Numbered from the stretch's first letter, positions 18,259 through 27,996 are shown. The stretch: DNA of 64,000 nt from an uncultured delta proteobacterium (GCA_963826785.1 CAWGYD010000001.1:512001-576000); one strand, 5' to 3'. Notes: generated by a model not told the origin, from the letters alone. Numbers and translations are program-made.

Positions 18259-20427
18259 ATGAATCCCAGCAAATTAAGCGATCCTGATTTTAAAGTCCTG
18301 TTCGAGTCGGTACCCGGCCTTTATCTGGTGCTTGACCCGGATTTGAACATTGCCGCCGCAAGCAATGCCTATCTGGAGGCAACCCGTACACGCCGCGCCG
18401 ACATCCTTGGCCGGCACTTGTTCGACGTTTTTCCGGACAACCCCGACGATCCCTCGGCCGATGCCATCCGCAACACCCGCGCCTCGCTGAACCGCGTGCT
18501 GCAAACGCACCAGCCGGATGCCATGGTGGTGCAGCGCCATGACATCCGAAAACCGGAAGCAGAGGGCGGCGGGTTCGAGGTGCGCTACTGGAGTCCGGTC
18601 AATTCGCCTGTTTTAAATCCTGACGGTTCCCTTGCCTACATCATTCACCGGGTTGAAAATGTCACCGATTTTGTGTTTCTGAAGCAGGAGGGCGTTGAGA
18701 AATCCAGGTTGACGGATGAACTGCGGGAGCGGGCCGTCCAAATGGAGGCGGATCTGTATACCCGGTCCCGGGAGGTGGCGGACATCAGCCTGGAGCTTAA
18801 GCAGGCAAACCAGGAACTGATCCGGCTAAACGAAAAGGATGAACGCCGGCGCGCCAGCCGGATTCTGCAGCGGAGCGAGGAGCGATACCGCACCCTTTTC
18901 GAATCGATGGATGAGGGTTTCTGCATCATCGAAGTCTTGTTTGATGCAAGCGATAAACCCGTTGATTACCGCTTTTTGGAAATGAACCCCGCTTTCGAGA
19001 AACACACCGGACTGCACAACGCGGCAGGGAAGCGCATGCGGGAACTGGAGCCCCACCAGGAGGAGCACTGGTTTAAGACCTACGGCCGAATCGCCATGAC
19101 CGGCGAGCCGGAAAGATTCATCAACCATGCCGAGCACCTTGAAAACCGCTGGTTCGAAGTTTATGCATTCCGGATCGGTCAACCCCGGGAACGGAAAGTG
19201 GCCGTTCTTTTCAGTGACATCACGGATCGCCGAGAGGCGGAAGAATCCCTTCGGCAGTTGAACGCGACGTTGGAGCAGCGGGTATCGGAACGCACCGAAC
19301 TGGCCGAGGCCCGGGCCAGGCAGCTTCAGGCGCTGGCAGTTGAGCTGATCGAAGCCGAGGAAAAGGAACGCCGGCGGATCGCCGAGCTTCTGCACGAGGA
19401 CCTGCAGCAGCTCCTGGCCGGCGCACGGATGCAGGTGCAGGCGGCCGCCAACCGGCAGTCGGACAGGCCCATCCTGGACAATGTGGACCGTATCCTCGAA
19501 GAATCCATTGAAAAGTCGAGACAGTTGTCGCACGAACTCGACCCCCCGGTGCTGCGCCATTCCGGTTTAATCGATTCACTGGAGTGGCTGGTCCGGCAGA
19601 TGGAGAAGCAGTTCGGCCTGACAGTAGCGCTCGAGGTGGAAGGGGCGCGCCGGTTTGAGCGATTCCACATGAAAACCTTCATTTTCAGGGCCGTGCAGGA
19701 GCTCCTGCTCAATATCGCCAGGCACTCCGGGGCCAGGAGCGCCCGGGTGGTCCTGTCGGATTCAGAGGAAGCACTGGTCGTCATGATCAGTGACCCGGGC
19801 CGGGGGTTCATTCCCGGCAATCTGGCGGCCAACGGAAAATCCGGACTGGGCCTGGCGAGTTTGAGCGAGCGATCCCAGTATATCGGCGGCGGCCTGAAGA
19901 TCGAAAGCGCACCGGGTAAAGGCAGCCGCATCACCCTGACCATTCCAAAGGCCCTGCCCGAAGCGGGCACACTGGTTCCAGCGGCCGGGTGGCAAAGGCG
20001 CACGCAAAAGAAAGAAGCGGAAGATGGCAATACAGCGCTCCGGGTGCTGTTTGCCGATGATCACAAGGTGATGCGCCAGGGATTGATCAATCTCATCGAG
20101 GGCCAGCCGGATATCCTGGTGGTGGGCGAGGCTTCCAATGGTGAAGAAGCGCTTGAACTGACCCGGAAGCTAACCCCCGATGTGGTGGTGATGGATTTCT
20201 CCATGCCAAAGATGGACGGTGCGCAGGCCACCCGCCTGATCAAGGCCGAAATGCCCCGGGTGCGGGTGATCGGCCTGTCCATGTTCATGGATAATAAAAT
20301 CATCCGGAAAATGAGCATGGCCGGGGCGGATGCGTTCGTCAGCAAAAATTCCTCTTCCGCTGATTTGCTGAAGGAGATCTATGAAATTGGCAGGCGAAAA
20401 GGGGATGGCGGCACTGCCGATGCATAA
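18259..20427 (+). CDS. hybrid sensor histidine kinase (PAS-PAS-HisKA_3-HATPase-REC)
   Basis: Two PAS domains, ERRRIAELLHEDLQQ H-box, QELLLNIARHS, GLGL and IESAPGKG; C-terminal LFADDH...VMDFSMP.MDG receiver. Confidence 0.9.
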   Translation: MNPSKLSDPDFKVLFESVPGLYLVLDPDLNIAAASNAYLEATRTRRADILGRHLFDVFPDNPDDPSADAIRNTRASLNRVLQTHQPDAMVVQRHDIRKPEAEGGGFEVRYWSPVNSPVLNPDGSLAYIIHRVENVTDFVFLKQEGVEKSRLTDELRERAVQMEADLYTRSREVADISLELKQANQELIRLNEKDERRRASRILQRSEERYRTLFESMDEGFCIIEVLFDASDKPVDYRFLEMNPAFEKHTGLHNAAGKRMRELEPHQEEHWFKTYGRIAMTGEPERFINHAEHLENRWFEVYAFRIGQPRERKVAVLFSDITDRREAEESLRQLNATLEQRVSERTELAEARARQLQALAVELIEAEEKERRRIAELLHEDLQQLLAGARMQVQAAANRQSDRPILDNVDRILEESIEKSRQLSHELDPPVLRHSGLIDSLEWLVRQMEKQFGLTVALEVEGARRFERFHMKTFIFRAVQELLLNIARHSGARSARVVLSDSEEALVVMISDPGRGFIPGNLAANGKSGLGLASLSERSQYIGGGLKIESAPGKGSRITLTIPKALPEAGTLVPAAGWQRRTQKKEAEDGNTALRVLFADDHKVMRQGLINLIEGQPDILVVGEASNGEEALELTRKLTPDVVVMDFSMPKMDGAQATRLIKAEMPRVRVIGLSMFMDNKIIRKMSMAGADAFVSKNSSSADLLKEIYEIGRRKGDGGTADA

Positions 20428-20609
20428 GGCTATGGAATATCACCTCACCAAAAAGCCCATCCTTCAATTCAGGATATATAAGATTGCGGCTTACGCCCGG
20501 CATCACCGCGAAAAAGCCGTCGCGGTTTCCAGGGAAGTAATTTTTACAAATGCTATAAATAATGGGTTCTGTTGGTAATTGCTATTGTTTAGCCCCGCCG
20601 GTTGTCCGT

Positions 20610-20761
20610 ACACCCCCCTTGGTCCCCCCTCGCAGGGGGGAATAAAAGAAAAGCCCCCCTCGCAAGGGGGATTTAAAAAAGGAGTCCCCCCTCGATGGGG
20701 GAAATAAGATCGTAATTTCAAGGCCTAATCCCCCCTTGAGGGGGGAATTAAAGGGGGGTGT
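20610..20761. repeat. REP/REPIN-like palindrome cluster (4 units)
   Basis: ACACCCCCC...CCCCCCTCGCAGGGGGG...CCCCCCTTGAGGGGGG...GGGGGGTGT between convergent genes. Confidence 0.85.
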
Positions 20762-20994
20762 GCGGGCGGCGGCCGTTACGATTCGAAAGTTCCTTTCTGT
20801 AAAAACTCCGCGCAACGGAATCGGAAGCTTTTTACGATGAGAAAGCCCGGTGCGCCTGAACATTTTAAAGCATGCGCTTTTCCGGGTCGGCGCGGCTGCC
20901 GTTGTTGGGCATATTTCAATATAATCAATGATATTTTCTGCACGCATCACAACAGTGAATTGCAATCAGGAGACTCCTGATTTAGAGCCGTCCC

Positions 20995-21555
20995 TCAGCC
21001 CTTGAGGGTGCAGGCATCCTTCAGATTCTCCACATTATCTCCGAAGGGTTTCGACATGATTTCATTCTTGTCGCCATAAATGAGAGTTGCCGCAAATTCT
21101 GCAATGTCAGTAATGATTTCCCGGCAGTGAAGCGCATGCTCCCGGCAGAGCCAGCTGTCTTTCCACTGCTTGCAGATTTCCCGGCACAATGTGTGGCCGT
21201 ATTTAGCCTTGATCAAATTGGGCAGCTGGTTGAACATTCGATAAAGCCCGGGATTTCCGTACAGCTGTTCGGCAGCGGCCCTGGCTGCGGCTTTTCTGTC
21301 CTCCCCTTCGGGGAGGCTGCTTCGGCCATGTACCGCACCGACAGCCAGTACCGCACCCACGATTGCACCGCAGGTGTCCCCGTAAAGTCCGACACCGCCT
21401 CCCAATCCCGTAGCCAATCTGAGGGTTTCTCTGGGAAGGCCTGTATCCACATGCTCCAGCACTGCTTCCAGGACACATTCCGCACAATTGAATCCCTTTG
21501 AAAAATTTTTCCTTGCCCGTTCTTTTACCAGCGTAATTTTTTCTTCAGTTTCCAT
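20995..21555 (-). CDS. C-GCAxxG-C-C family putative redox protein
   Basis: GFNCAECV, GLGGGVGLYGDTCGAIVG, YGHTLCREI and HCREII; start METEEK with RBS GAGGA. Confidence 0.88.
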   Translation of the reverse strand: METEEKITLVKERARKNFSKGFNCAECVLEAVLEHVDTGLPRETLRLATGLGGGVGLYGDTCGAIVGAVLAVGAVHGRSSLPEGEDRKAAARAAAEQLYGNPGLYRMFNQLPNLIKAKYGHTLCREICKQWKDSWLCREHALHCREIITDIAEFAATLIYGDKNEIMSKPFGDNVENLKDACTLKG

Positions 21556-21800
21556 ATTATCCTCTAAGATCCGTTTTGATGAAGTCATAAAAGTCTGAAA
21601 AGCATGGTCGTCGTCATTTCAGCGAAGTTAGAACCCGTCATGACGAGAATTTGATCGATGCATGCCAAGGGGACTTATGTTGAAAGGGTTCATGAAAAAG
21701 CATTCATTGAAATGAACAGGGTTTTCCGGAAATCCCAATATACGCTCAAATGATTTTTCCGTCTACCAAAACTGCAGGAAAAATAACGGCCGCCGCCGGG

Positions 21801-21882
21801 ACACCCCCCTGCCCCCCTCGAGGGGGGATTAGGACTTGAAATTACGACCAAATTCCCCCCTTGAGGGGGGGCAGGGGGGTGT
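21801..21882. repeat. REP doublet (REPIN-like)
   Basis: ACACCCCCCTGCCCCCCTCGAGGGGGGATT-spacer-AATTCCCCCCTTGAGGGGGGGCAGGGGGGTGT. Confidence 0.85.
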
Positions 21883-21916
21883 TCGGACCTGCAGAAGCCA
21901 AAAATCTGAATCAATA

Positions 21917-24900
21917 TCATCCCGCGTATTCCGCCCGTTCGATGAGCTCCATCTGGATGTCTTTGTTGAGCTGCGTGAAGTAGGCGTTGTAGCCGGAGAT
22001 CCGAACCATGAGGTGGCGGTAGTTTTCCGGGTGGGCCATGGCGTCTTTCAAGGTTTCCGAATTGACCACGTTGAACTGCAGCTGCATCCCGCCCATGCCG
22101 AAATAGGTTTTTACGTAGGCGCACAGGGTCTCCACGCTCTTTTCCCGGGTGTCGTTCGGATCCAGGTTGAACTTGACGTTAAAGGCGATGTTGTTGTCCA
22201 TGGTGTCTGGGTCCAGGGCGGCCACATCCCTTAAGTTGTCCAGGAAGGTTTTGGAGGCCAGGGGATGCGGGGTGAGGCCGGGGGTGAAGGCTTTGCCGAA
22301 GACCCGGCCCGAGGGGAGCGCCCCGGACAGCGATCCGTAGGCCACGTGCTGGGACATGGACCAGAATCCGGTGGTGTAGGGGCCGCCCCGGAAGTTTTTG
22401 TGTTCCCGGTGGATGTCGTGCACCAGGGCGGTCACCCGCCGGGCCATTTCAAGCGCCCCGGGATCTCCGGAGCCGAATTTCTTCACCCGGGTTGCCGCCT
22501 GGGCCTGCAGGGCGGGGTCGTTTTCGAAATTTTCGTCGATGGCTGCTTTCAGGCGGGAAAAGGGGACGCGCTTTTCATCATAGACCAGCTGTTTGATCAC
22601 CAGGAGGGAATCGATCACGTCGGACAGGCCGATGTTGGAGGTCCCCGATGAATTGTACACGGCGCCGCCCGCGGTGACATCGAGGCCCTTTTCGATGGTC
22701 CCCTGCATCAGGGCGCTCAAAAAAGGGGTGGGCCGCTTCTCGGAATGGACTTTGGCCAGCAGGTTGTTGAAATCCACGGCCTGGCCGATGAGAAATCTTA
22801 ATTGCTGTTCATAGGCGGCAAAGAAGGATTCAAAGTCGGGGAAAACGTCATCTTCGATGCTGCCGGTTTTCGGCCCCGGGGCCCAGCGCATCAGCGGATG
22901 GCAGCCGTCATGCAGGGCCATTTCCAGAGGCGCCACCAGGTTGAACAGGATGGCCCCGGTGTGTCCCATGTGCTTTCCGGAAATGGTGGGTTCCACGCAC
23001 CCGGTGGCCGACCAGTTCCGGATATCTTCTTCGGGATAGCCGTGCTGGGAAAGGGAGGCGAACACCGCCCTGTCGTTGTGCAGGGACGGGGTGCCGGCGG
23101 TGATGATGTTCACCTCGCACAGCCGCTTCAGATAGGTTTCGCTGTTGATCTCCGGGTGATGCCGGGCGTTTACGTTGACATCGCGCAGGGTCAGCATTTC
23201 CGCGGCTTTGAGCATGATGTAGGTCATGTCGTTCACCGCGTCCCTGCCGTCGGGCGTCACCCCGCCAATGGTGAGGGCCTGGGTGGAGGAGGCCCCCCCG
23301 AACAGGTAGTTGCCGATGTCCGGGGACAGGGGGAGATGGTCTGAAAAGCGCAGGAACAGGCAGCCGATCAGGTCGACGGCGTGTTTGATGCAGACCTTCT
23401 TTTCCGCATCGGTGGCGCATTTTTCCATGTCGGTTTCAAAATAAGGCTGGAGCCACTGGTCCAGCCGGCCGAACGACATGCCGGTGTTGGCGTTTTCCAT
23501 GTTGACGGCGATCCAGGTGAGGTTTAGCACATTGACCGCCTCGTCCAAGGTTAACGCGGGGTTTGCCGGCACGTTTTGAAGGATTTCGGCCAGGCGGAGA
23601 AGCTGCGCCCGCTGTTTCGGATCCTTTTCCGACCCGGCTTGCATTTCGGCCGCACCCCCAAGGCTTTTTGCATAGGCGTCCAACCCGTCCAGGGCAATCC
23701 GCATGGCCGAAAGCGTATTCTTTCCCTCGGCAGACAGGCCTGTATCGGCCAGGCGAGCCTCGATTTCTTTTCTTATCCCCGTGGTTCCCTTTTTCAGAAT
23801 GGTTGGAAAATCCGGTATGGTGTGGGATATTCCCACCGATTTCCAGACAAAGTAGGGGACCCATCGCTCCTCGATTTTCTGGCACAGGGGATAGCCGTTT
23901 TCCACGCGCACCCAGTTCCTGAAATTGCGCTCGGCCCAATAGGGAAAGATATCGAAGTGGAGTTTTTCCACCGTCTTTTCGGATATGGCATAGGGGTTTA
24001 AGATCCGGTGCGCGATGGAGCCGAGCTCCCCCCACAGCATGGTCCCCTGGGCCTCGGGATAGACCACCACCCCGATGGTGGGATTTGCGGTGGTGGTCCC
24101 GGCGATCAGGTCATTTTCCCGGATCAGCGGGGCCTTTTTCGCCATGATGTGCGCAAATACCCTGGCCTGCCGAAGGATCGGGTTCCAGGGGGCGCCGCCT
24201 ACGTCTGTTTCAAATCCGTTTTGCCGGCACCAGGCGGTAAGCAGTTCGGCGCGCTCGGGGCAGATCTCGGGCTTGATGCCAAAATAGGCGTCCCGGAAGG
24301 CCTTGAGCCGGGGAAAGTCATCCAGGCTGTATTCGGACAGGTAGGGATCGGGCAGATATTTGACCCCGGGATCAGTGCCCGGACATTTCATCCGGTATCG
24401 CCGCCGCTCCTTTAGAATGCCGGCCAGTCCGGCCGGGCACCCGGAATATGTCTTTTTACGCTCGGCCACATCCGTCCGGTGGCGTTTTTGAAGCATCTTC
24501 AAATGCTTGTTTCCCATGAGCAGGGAGACCAGAAAATTGAACAGCTGCAGGTAGGAGAGGTTGCCTTCCAGGATCATCCGGTTTTTCAGGATGAGGTTTA
24601 ACACCTCGTTGGGCGTGACCCGCAGCATTTCCAGAAGGGCCGCCTCGTCCTTGAACTTCAGCAGGGCATCGGCATCTTCCGGGATGGTTTTGCTCACCGA
24701 CATCTTTCCGTTTGAAAACACCGCGGCCAGGCGGACGCTGCGGGTCTCCGTGACAAAACCGATGGTAAAGTCAAGCGGCCCGTCCTTTACCGTCAGATAG
24801 CGGTTCAGGGCCGGGCGCTTGTTGAAAAGCAGGGCCATAAGTGACAGCAGCGCATGGGACATGCCGTTAAAGACCATTCCCTTGCTTTTTCGGGCAAACG

Positions 24901-24958
24901 GGATTCCCGGAGTGACCAGAAGGGTCTGGTTGGCCTGCAGGATCGGTGTGCGTTTCAT
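21917..24958 (-). CDS. glycyl radical enzyme (PFL2/eliminase-like) with N-terminal SCP2-like extension
   Basis: C-terminal LMVRISGY glycyl loop, single-Cys loop SATGCVEP, SFGRLDQWL and QLQFNV; 1013 aa, about 200 aa longer than a typical GRE; RBS GGAGG. Confidence 0.88.
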   Translation of the reverse strand: MKRTPILQANQTLLVTPGIPFARKSKGMVFNGMSHALLSLMALLFNKRPALNRYLTVKDGPLDFTIGFVTETRSVRLAAVFSNGKMSVSKTIPEDADALLKFKDEAALLEMLRVTPNEVLNLILKNRMILEGNLSYLQLFNFLVSLLMGNKHLKMLQKRHRTDVAERKKTYSGCPAGLAGILKERRRYRMKCPGTDPGVKYLPDPYLSEYSLDDFPRLKAFRDAYFGIKPEICPERAELLTAWCRQNGFETDVGGAPWNPILRQARVFAHIMAKKAPLIRENDLIAGTTTANPTIGVVVYPEAQGTMLWGELGSIAHRILNPYAISEKTVEKLHFDIFPYWAERNFRNWVRVENGYPLCQKIEERWVPYFVWKSVGISHTIPDFPTILKKGTTGIRKEIEARLADTGLSAEGKNTLSAMRIALDGLDAYAKSLGGAAEMQAGSEKDPKQRAQLLRLAEILQNVPANPALTLDEAVNVLNLTWIAVNMENANTGMSFGRLDQWLQPYFETDMEKCATDAEKKVCIKHAVDLIGCLFLRFSDHLPLSPDIGNYLFGGASSTQALTIGGVTPDGRDAVNDMTYIMLKAAEMLTLRDVNVNARHHPEINSETYLKRLCEVNIITAGTPSLHNDRAVFASLSQHGYPEEDIRNWSATGCVEPTISGKHMGHTGAILFNLVAPLEMALHDGCHPLMRWAPGPKTGSIEDDVFPDFESFFAAYEQQLRFLIGQAVDFNNLLAKVHSEKRPTPFLSALMQGTIEKGLDVTAGGAVYNSSGTSNIGLSDVIDSLLVIKQLVYDEKRVPFSRLKAAIDENFENDPALQAQAATRVKKFGSGDPGALEMARRVTALVHDIHREHKNFRGGPYTTGFWSMSQHVAYGSLSGALPSGRVFGKAFTPGLTPHPLASKTFLDNLRDVAALDPDTMDNNIAFNVKFNLDPNDTREKSVETLCAYVKTYFGMGGMQLQFNVVNSETLKDAMAHPENYRHLMVRISGYNAYFTQLNKDIQMELIERAEYAG

Positions 24959-25024
24959 GGCGATGCCTCCAAAAGGGGTCGGTCAGGGGGTTAAGAAATC
25001 CTGGATGACGAAACGGCCAGCCGG

Positions 25025-25060
25025 TCGTTAAACTTAACGTCGTTCAATTGACATGTCAAT
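25025..25060 (-). promoter_or_regulatory. putative sigma70 promoter of the GRE gene overlapped by two palindromes
   Basis: Minus strand TTGACA-17 bp-TAAGTT; palindromes ATTGACATGTCAAT (25047-25060) and CGTTAA-AC-TTAACG (25026-25039). Confidence 0.5.
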
Positions 25061-25075
25061 ATACCCTTGGCGCCG

Positions 25076-25924
25076 CTAATCCTTGCGCACCCGCATAAAA
25101 GAAGCAAACCGGGGGATGCCGTTTTTCGTCAGCCCTTGGTATTTGAATGTGACGGTAGTTCCGATCGCGGGGGGCTGACGGCGCTCGGCATCGGTAAATC
25201 CGGTGCCGAGTTTAAACTCGGTGCCGTTTTCGAGGACCAGGGTCAGGCTGCCCATCATGCCCTTGAGTCTGCCTTCTCCCGGATTGATCGCGATCACCTT
25301 TCCTTCCATATCGCTGAAGCGCTTGACCTTCAGTACACGGGGGCTGCGCCCGGCATGAAATGACAGGGCGGGATCCTTGATCACCACGCCTTCGCCGCCC
25401 CTGGATTCAATCTCGGTCAAAAAGGCATCGAGGTGATCGGGGCCGCTGCATACGATCTGATCAATGATCCGGACATGCGCCACCCGATGCGTTTTAAACC
25501 ATTTCCGTGCCTTGTCGAGCCGGGCGGGAAAATCACCGGATGCACCGGGCACTTCGAAAATGTTATATGTGATTTCCTTCCAGTTTTCCGAAGGCTTCTG
25601 ATCCATGACGGTATTCTGCACAAAGGAAAAATCGCTGCGTTTGCGCCACAGTTCGCCATCCAGGGCAAACGGGGGCAGCGATTGGGTGAACCATGCCGGT
25701 GCATGGATCACCTGTCCTTTGCGGGTGAGCAGTTCAGAACCGGTCCAGTACCCCCGGATGCCGTCGAGCTTCTCACTCATCAGCCAGCCGGCAACCGCTT
25801 CAGTGCCGGTGTAGGCGTCTGCATGCTGAAGAACAGGTGCTTCGGCCGCTTCAAGCGACCCTGCCGGGATGACCCCTGCCAAAAAAACCAAAATGCCGAC
25901 GGCCATACGAAAAAGAGCGGACAT
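25076..25924 (-). CDS. minimal ATP-dependent DNA ligase (Lig E type) with N-terminal signal peptide
   Basis: MSEKLDGIRGYW (motif I), LDGELW, GGEGVVIK and LKVK, OB-fold ending PRFASFMRVR; hydrophobic leader MSALFRMAVGILVFLAGVIPAGSLEA; RBS AAGGAGG. Confidence 0.88.
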   Translation of the reverse strand: MSALFRMAVGILVFLAGVIPAGSLEAAEAPVLQHADAYTGTEAVAGWLMSEKLDGIRGYWTGSELLTRKGQVIHAPAWFTQSLPPFALDGELWRKRSDFSFVQNTVMDQKPSENWKEITYNIFEVPGASGDFPARLDKARKWFKTHRVAHVRIIDQIVCSGPDHLDAFLTEIESRGGEGVVIKDPALSFHAGRSPRVLKVKRFSDMEGKVIAINPGEGRLKGMMGSLTLVLENGTEFKLGTGFTDAERRQPPAIGTTVTFKYQGLTKNGIPRFASFMRVRKD

Positions 25925-26093
25925 AACAAACCTCCTTGAATGGTGAATACCCCAAAAAGCGTATCCCGGTGATCGAAAATCGATGCAAATCAAAATGGTT
26001 TTCAAAGGTTGATTCCTGAGCCGATTCGTGTCATTAAATTTTAATATCCGGGTTCACTTTATTCTTATCTAATTTAATCAGGTAAATAAACCC

Positions 26094-27314
26094 ATGAATA
26101 ATCAATCGAACAAGGCTGCAGGCTATCGGTGGGTGGTGCTTCTGGTATTTTCAGTCATCAATGCGGTCATGCAGATCCAGTGGCTGACTTTTGCGCCGGT
26201 GGCGCGGGAAGCCCGGCTGGTTTACGGCGTGACGGCCCTGCAGATCGATTTTCTCTCCATGATCTTCATGGGGGTGTTTATCGTGATATGCCTTCCGGCT
26301 TCTTACATCATCGATACTTTCGGCATTCGGATCGGCGTCGGAATCGGCGCTCTGCTGATCGGCATATTCGGTGTTCTCAAGGGAATATACGCAAATGACT
26401 ACACCATGGTGTTGATTTCCCAGACCGGCCTTGCCGTTGCCCAGCCGTTTATTTTAAATGCCGTCACCAAGGTCGCCGGCCGCTGGTTCCCGGTGGAAGA
26501 AAGGGCGACCGCCGTCGGAATCGCAACCCTTTCCCAGTTCATCGGCATCATCGTGGCCATGATCGCCACCCCGCTGCTGGTGACGCAGAATGCGGACGGG
26601 AACTACCAGCTCGGGCATATGCTTTTATTCTACGGCATCATTTCCGCAGCCAGTGCAGTCCTGCTCCTGATATTTTTAAAAGAGCCGCCGGTGGAATCTT
26701 TGGATCAGGAAATCATCGATGGACGGATCGACGTGTTTGCCGGTGCGCTGCACATCCTGCGGCACAGGGACATGCGCCTGATGCTGCTGCTTTTTTTTCT
26801 GGGTCTGGGGATGTTCAATGCCATCAGCACCTGCATTGACCAGATCTGCCAGATCAAGGGACTGACCACCGAGCAAACCGGCATGGTAGGGGGGATGATG
26901 CTGATTGCGGGGATTTTCGGTGCGCTCATCCTGCCGGTCCTGTCCGATAAGCTCCGCAAGCGGAAAGCGTTTATCGTGGCGGGGATATTTCTGGCCACGC
27001 CCGGATTGGCCGGCCTGACTTTTGCGAGCGGGTATATCGTCCTGCTTTTGTCTTCTTTTGTTCTCGGGTTTTTTCTGCTGGGCGCATGCGCGCCGGTGGG
27101 CTTTCAATATTGCGCGGAAATCAGCTTCCCTGCGCCGGAATCGATCTCCCAGGGGCTCATTCTGCTTGCGGGTCAGATTTCCGGCGTGTTGTTCATCTAT
27201 GGGATGAACAAATTGGGAATGATCTTCTCCCTGACGGTTTTTGTCGGATTTTCAATCATTGGGGTCATTCTGAGCGCGATGGTCAAAGAATCGCCGCTGA
27301 TCCTGACGCCATAA
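26094..27314 (+). CDS. MFS transporter (FLVCR/SLC49-like)
   Basis: YRWVVLL, QWLTFAP, AVAQPFILN..TK.A..WFP..ERA.A; about 12 TM helices. Confidence 0.85.
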   Translation: MNNQSNKAAGYRWVVLLVFSVINAVMQIQWLTFAPVAREARLVYGVTALQIDFLSMIFMGVFIVICLPASYIIDTFGIRIGVGIGALLIGIFGVLKGIYANDYTMVLISQTGLAVAQPFILNAVTKVAGRWFPVEERATAVGIATLSQFIGIIVAMIATPLLVTQNADGNYQLGHMLLFYGIISAASAVLLLIFLKEPPVESLDQEIIDGRIDVFAGALHILRHRDMRLMLLLFFLGLGMFNAISTCIDQICQIKGLTTEQTGMVGGMMLIAGIFGALILPVLSDKLRKRKAFIVAGIFLATPGLAGLTFASGYIVLLLSSFVLGFFLLGACAPVGFQYCAEISFPAPESISQGLILLAGQISGVLFIYGMNKLGMIFSLTVFVGFSIIGVILSAMVKESPLILTP

Positions 27315-27355
27315 CACCGGGCTTATATGGAAATGGATTTCCGCGGATGATGCGC

Positions 27356-27919
27356 TTATCTCATTCCCCCCTGATTCAGATCATTCGGATTCCCGTAGCC
27401 TTCCTGACTTTCTTCCTGATTCAAATTTCGCTGTTGGGATGACGAACCGTAATAGCCCCGCACTTTGTTTTCAACGTTCGGGCTTGCAAAATTGGGCCAC
27501 TGATTTGCGCTGAACACCGGCGCATTCTGCAATTGCTGCCGACTGACGCTGATTTGAACCCGGCCGTTCAAATAGGTCGGATTCGCCGCGTCCCAGGGAA
27601 TCGGAATCAACTCTCCGCCTCTCCCGCTTAATCCCTGCTGGGAATACCCCGGGTTCACGATGATGTAATCGATCCCGCCATTTTGGCCGATCAGGATGTT
27701 TTCGACCTGCCCGATATTCTGCCCCTGGGAATCAACGACGTTCTGATTGATCATCTGTTGAAGGGTCGCGTATGCCTGCTGGATAGCCTCCTGCCCGGTA
27801 AGGATTTGGTTCAAGATATTCCCCGCCTGATTCTGGGCCAGGCCCGGCGTCGATCCGAGTGCACCGATCAAGCAAAGAGAAAGAAAGATTTTAAGCATTT
27901 TAGAGTTGAGCTTTTTCAT
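27356..27919 (-). CDS. exported PRC-barrel domain protein
   Basis: Signal peptide; VVDSQGQNIGQVENILI...IDYIIV...LIPIPW...QLQNAP.F...WP. Confidence 0.8.
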   Translation of the reverse strand: MKKLNSKMLKIFLSLCLIGALGSTPGLAQNQAGNILNQILTGQEAIQQAYATLQQMINQNVVDSQGQNIGQVENILIGQNGGIDYIIVNPGYSQQGLSGRGGELIPIPWDAANPTYLNGRVQISVSRQQLQNAPVFSANQWPNFASPNVENKVRGYYGSSSQQRNLNQEESQEGYGNPNDLNQGGMR

Positions 27920-27949
27920 TCTGGTTTTTCCCCTCTTTTAAAATAGGCT

Positions 27950-27996
27950 GCGTTGCCCGGCAGCATTGACGAAAAATGACGGCTGCCGGGCAACGC
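27950..27996. other. strong intergenic hairpin (15-bp perfect stem)
   Basis: GCGTTGCCCGGCAGC / GCTGCCGGGCAACGC between csbD and the PRC-barrel gene; no clear U-tract. Confidence 0.6.

Noticed and set aside
21917..24958. Pyruvate formate-lyase feeding the Fdh, or benzylsuccinate/alkylsuccinate synthase
   Set aside because: Single Cys in GCVEP rather than Cys-Cys; no small subunit or activase genes adjacent.
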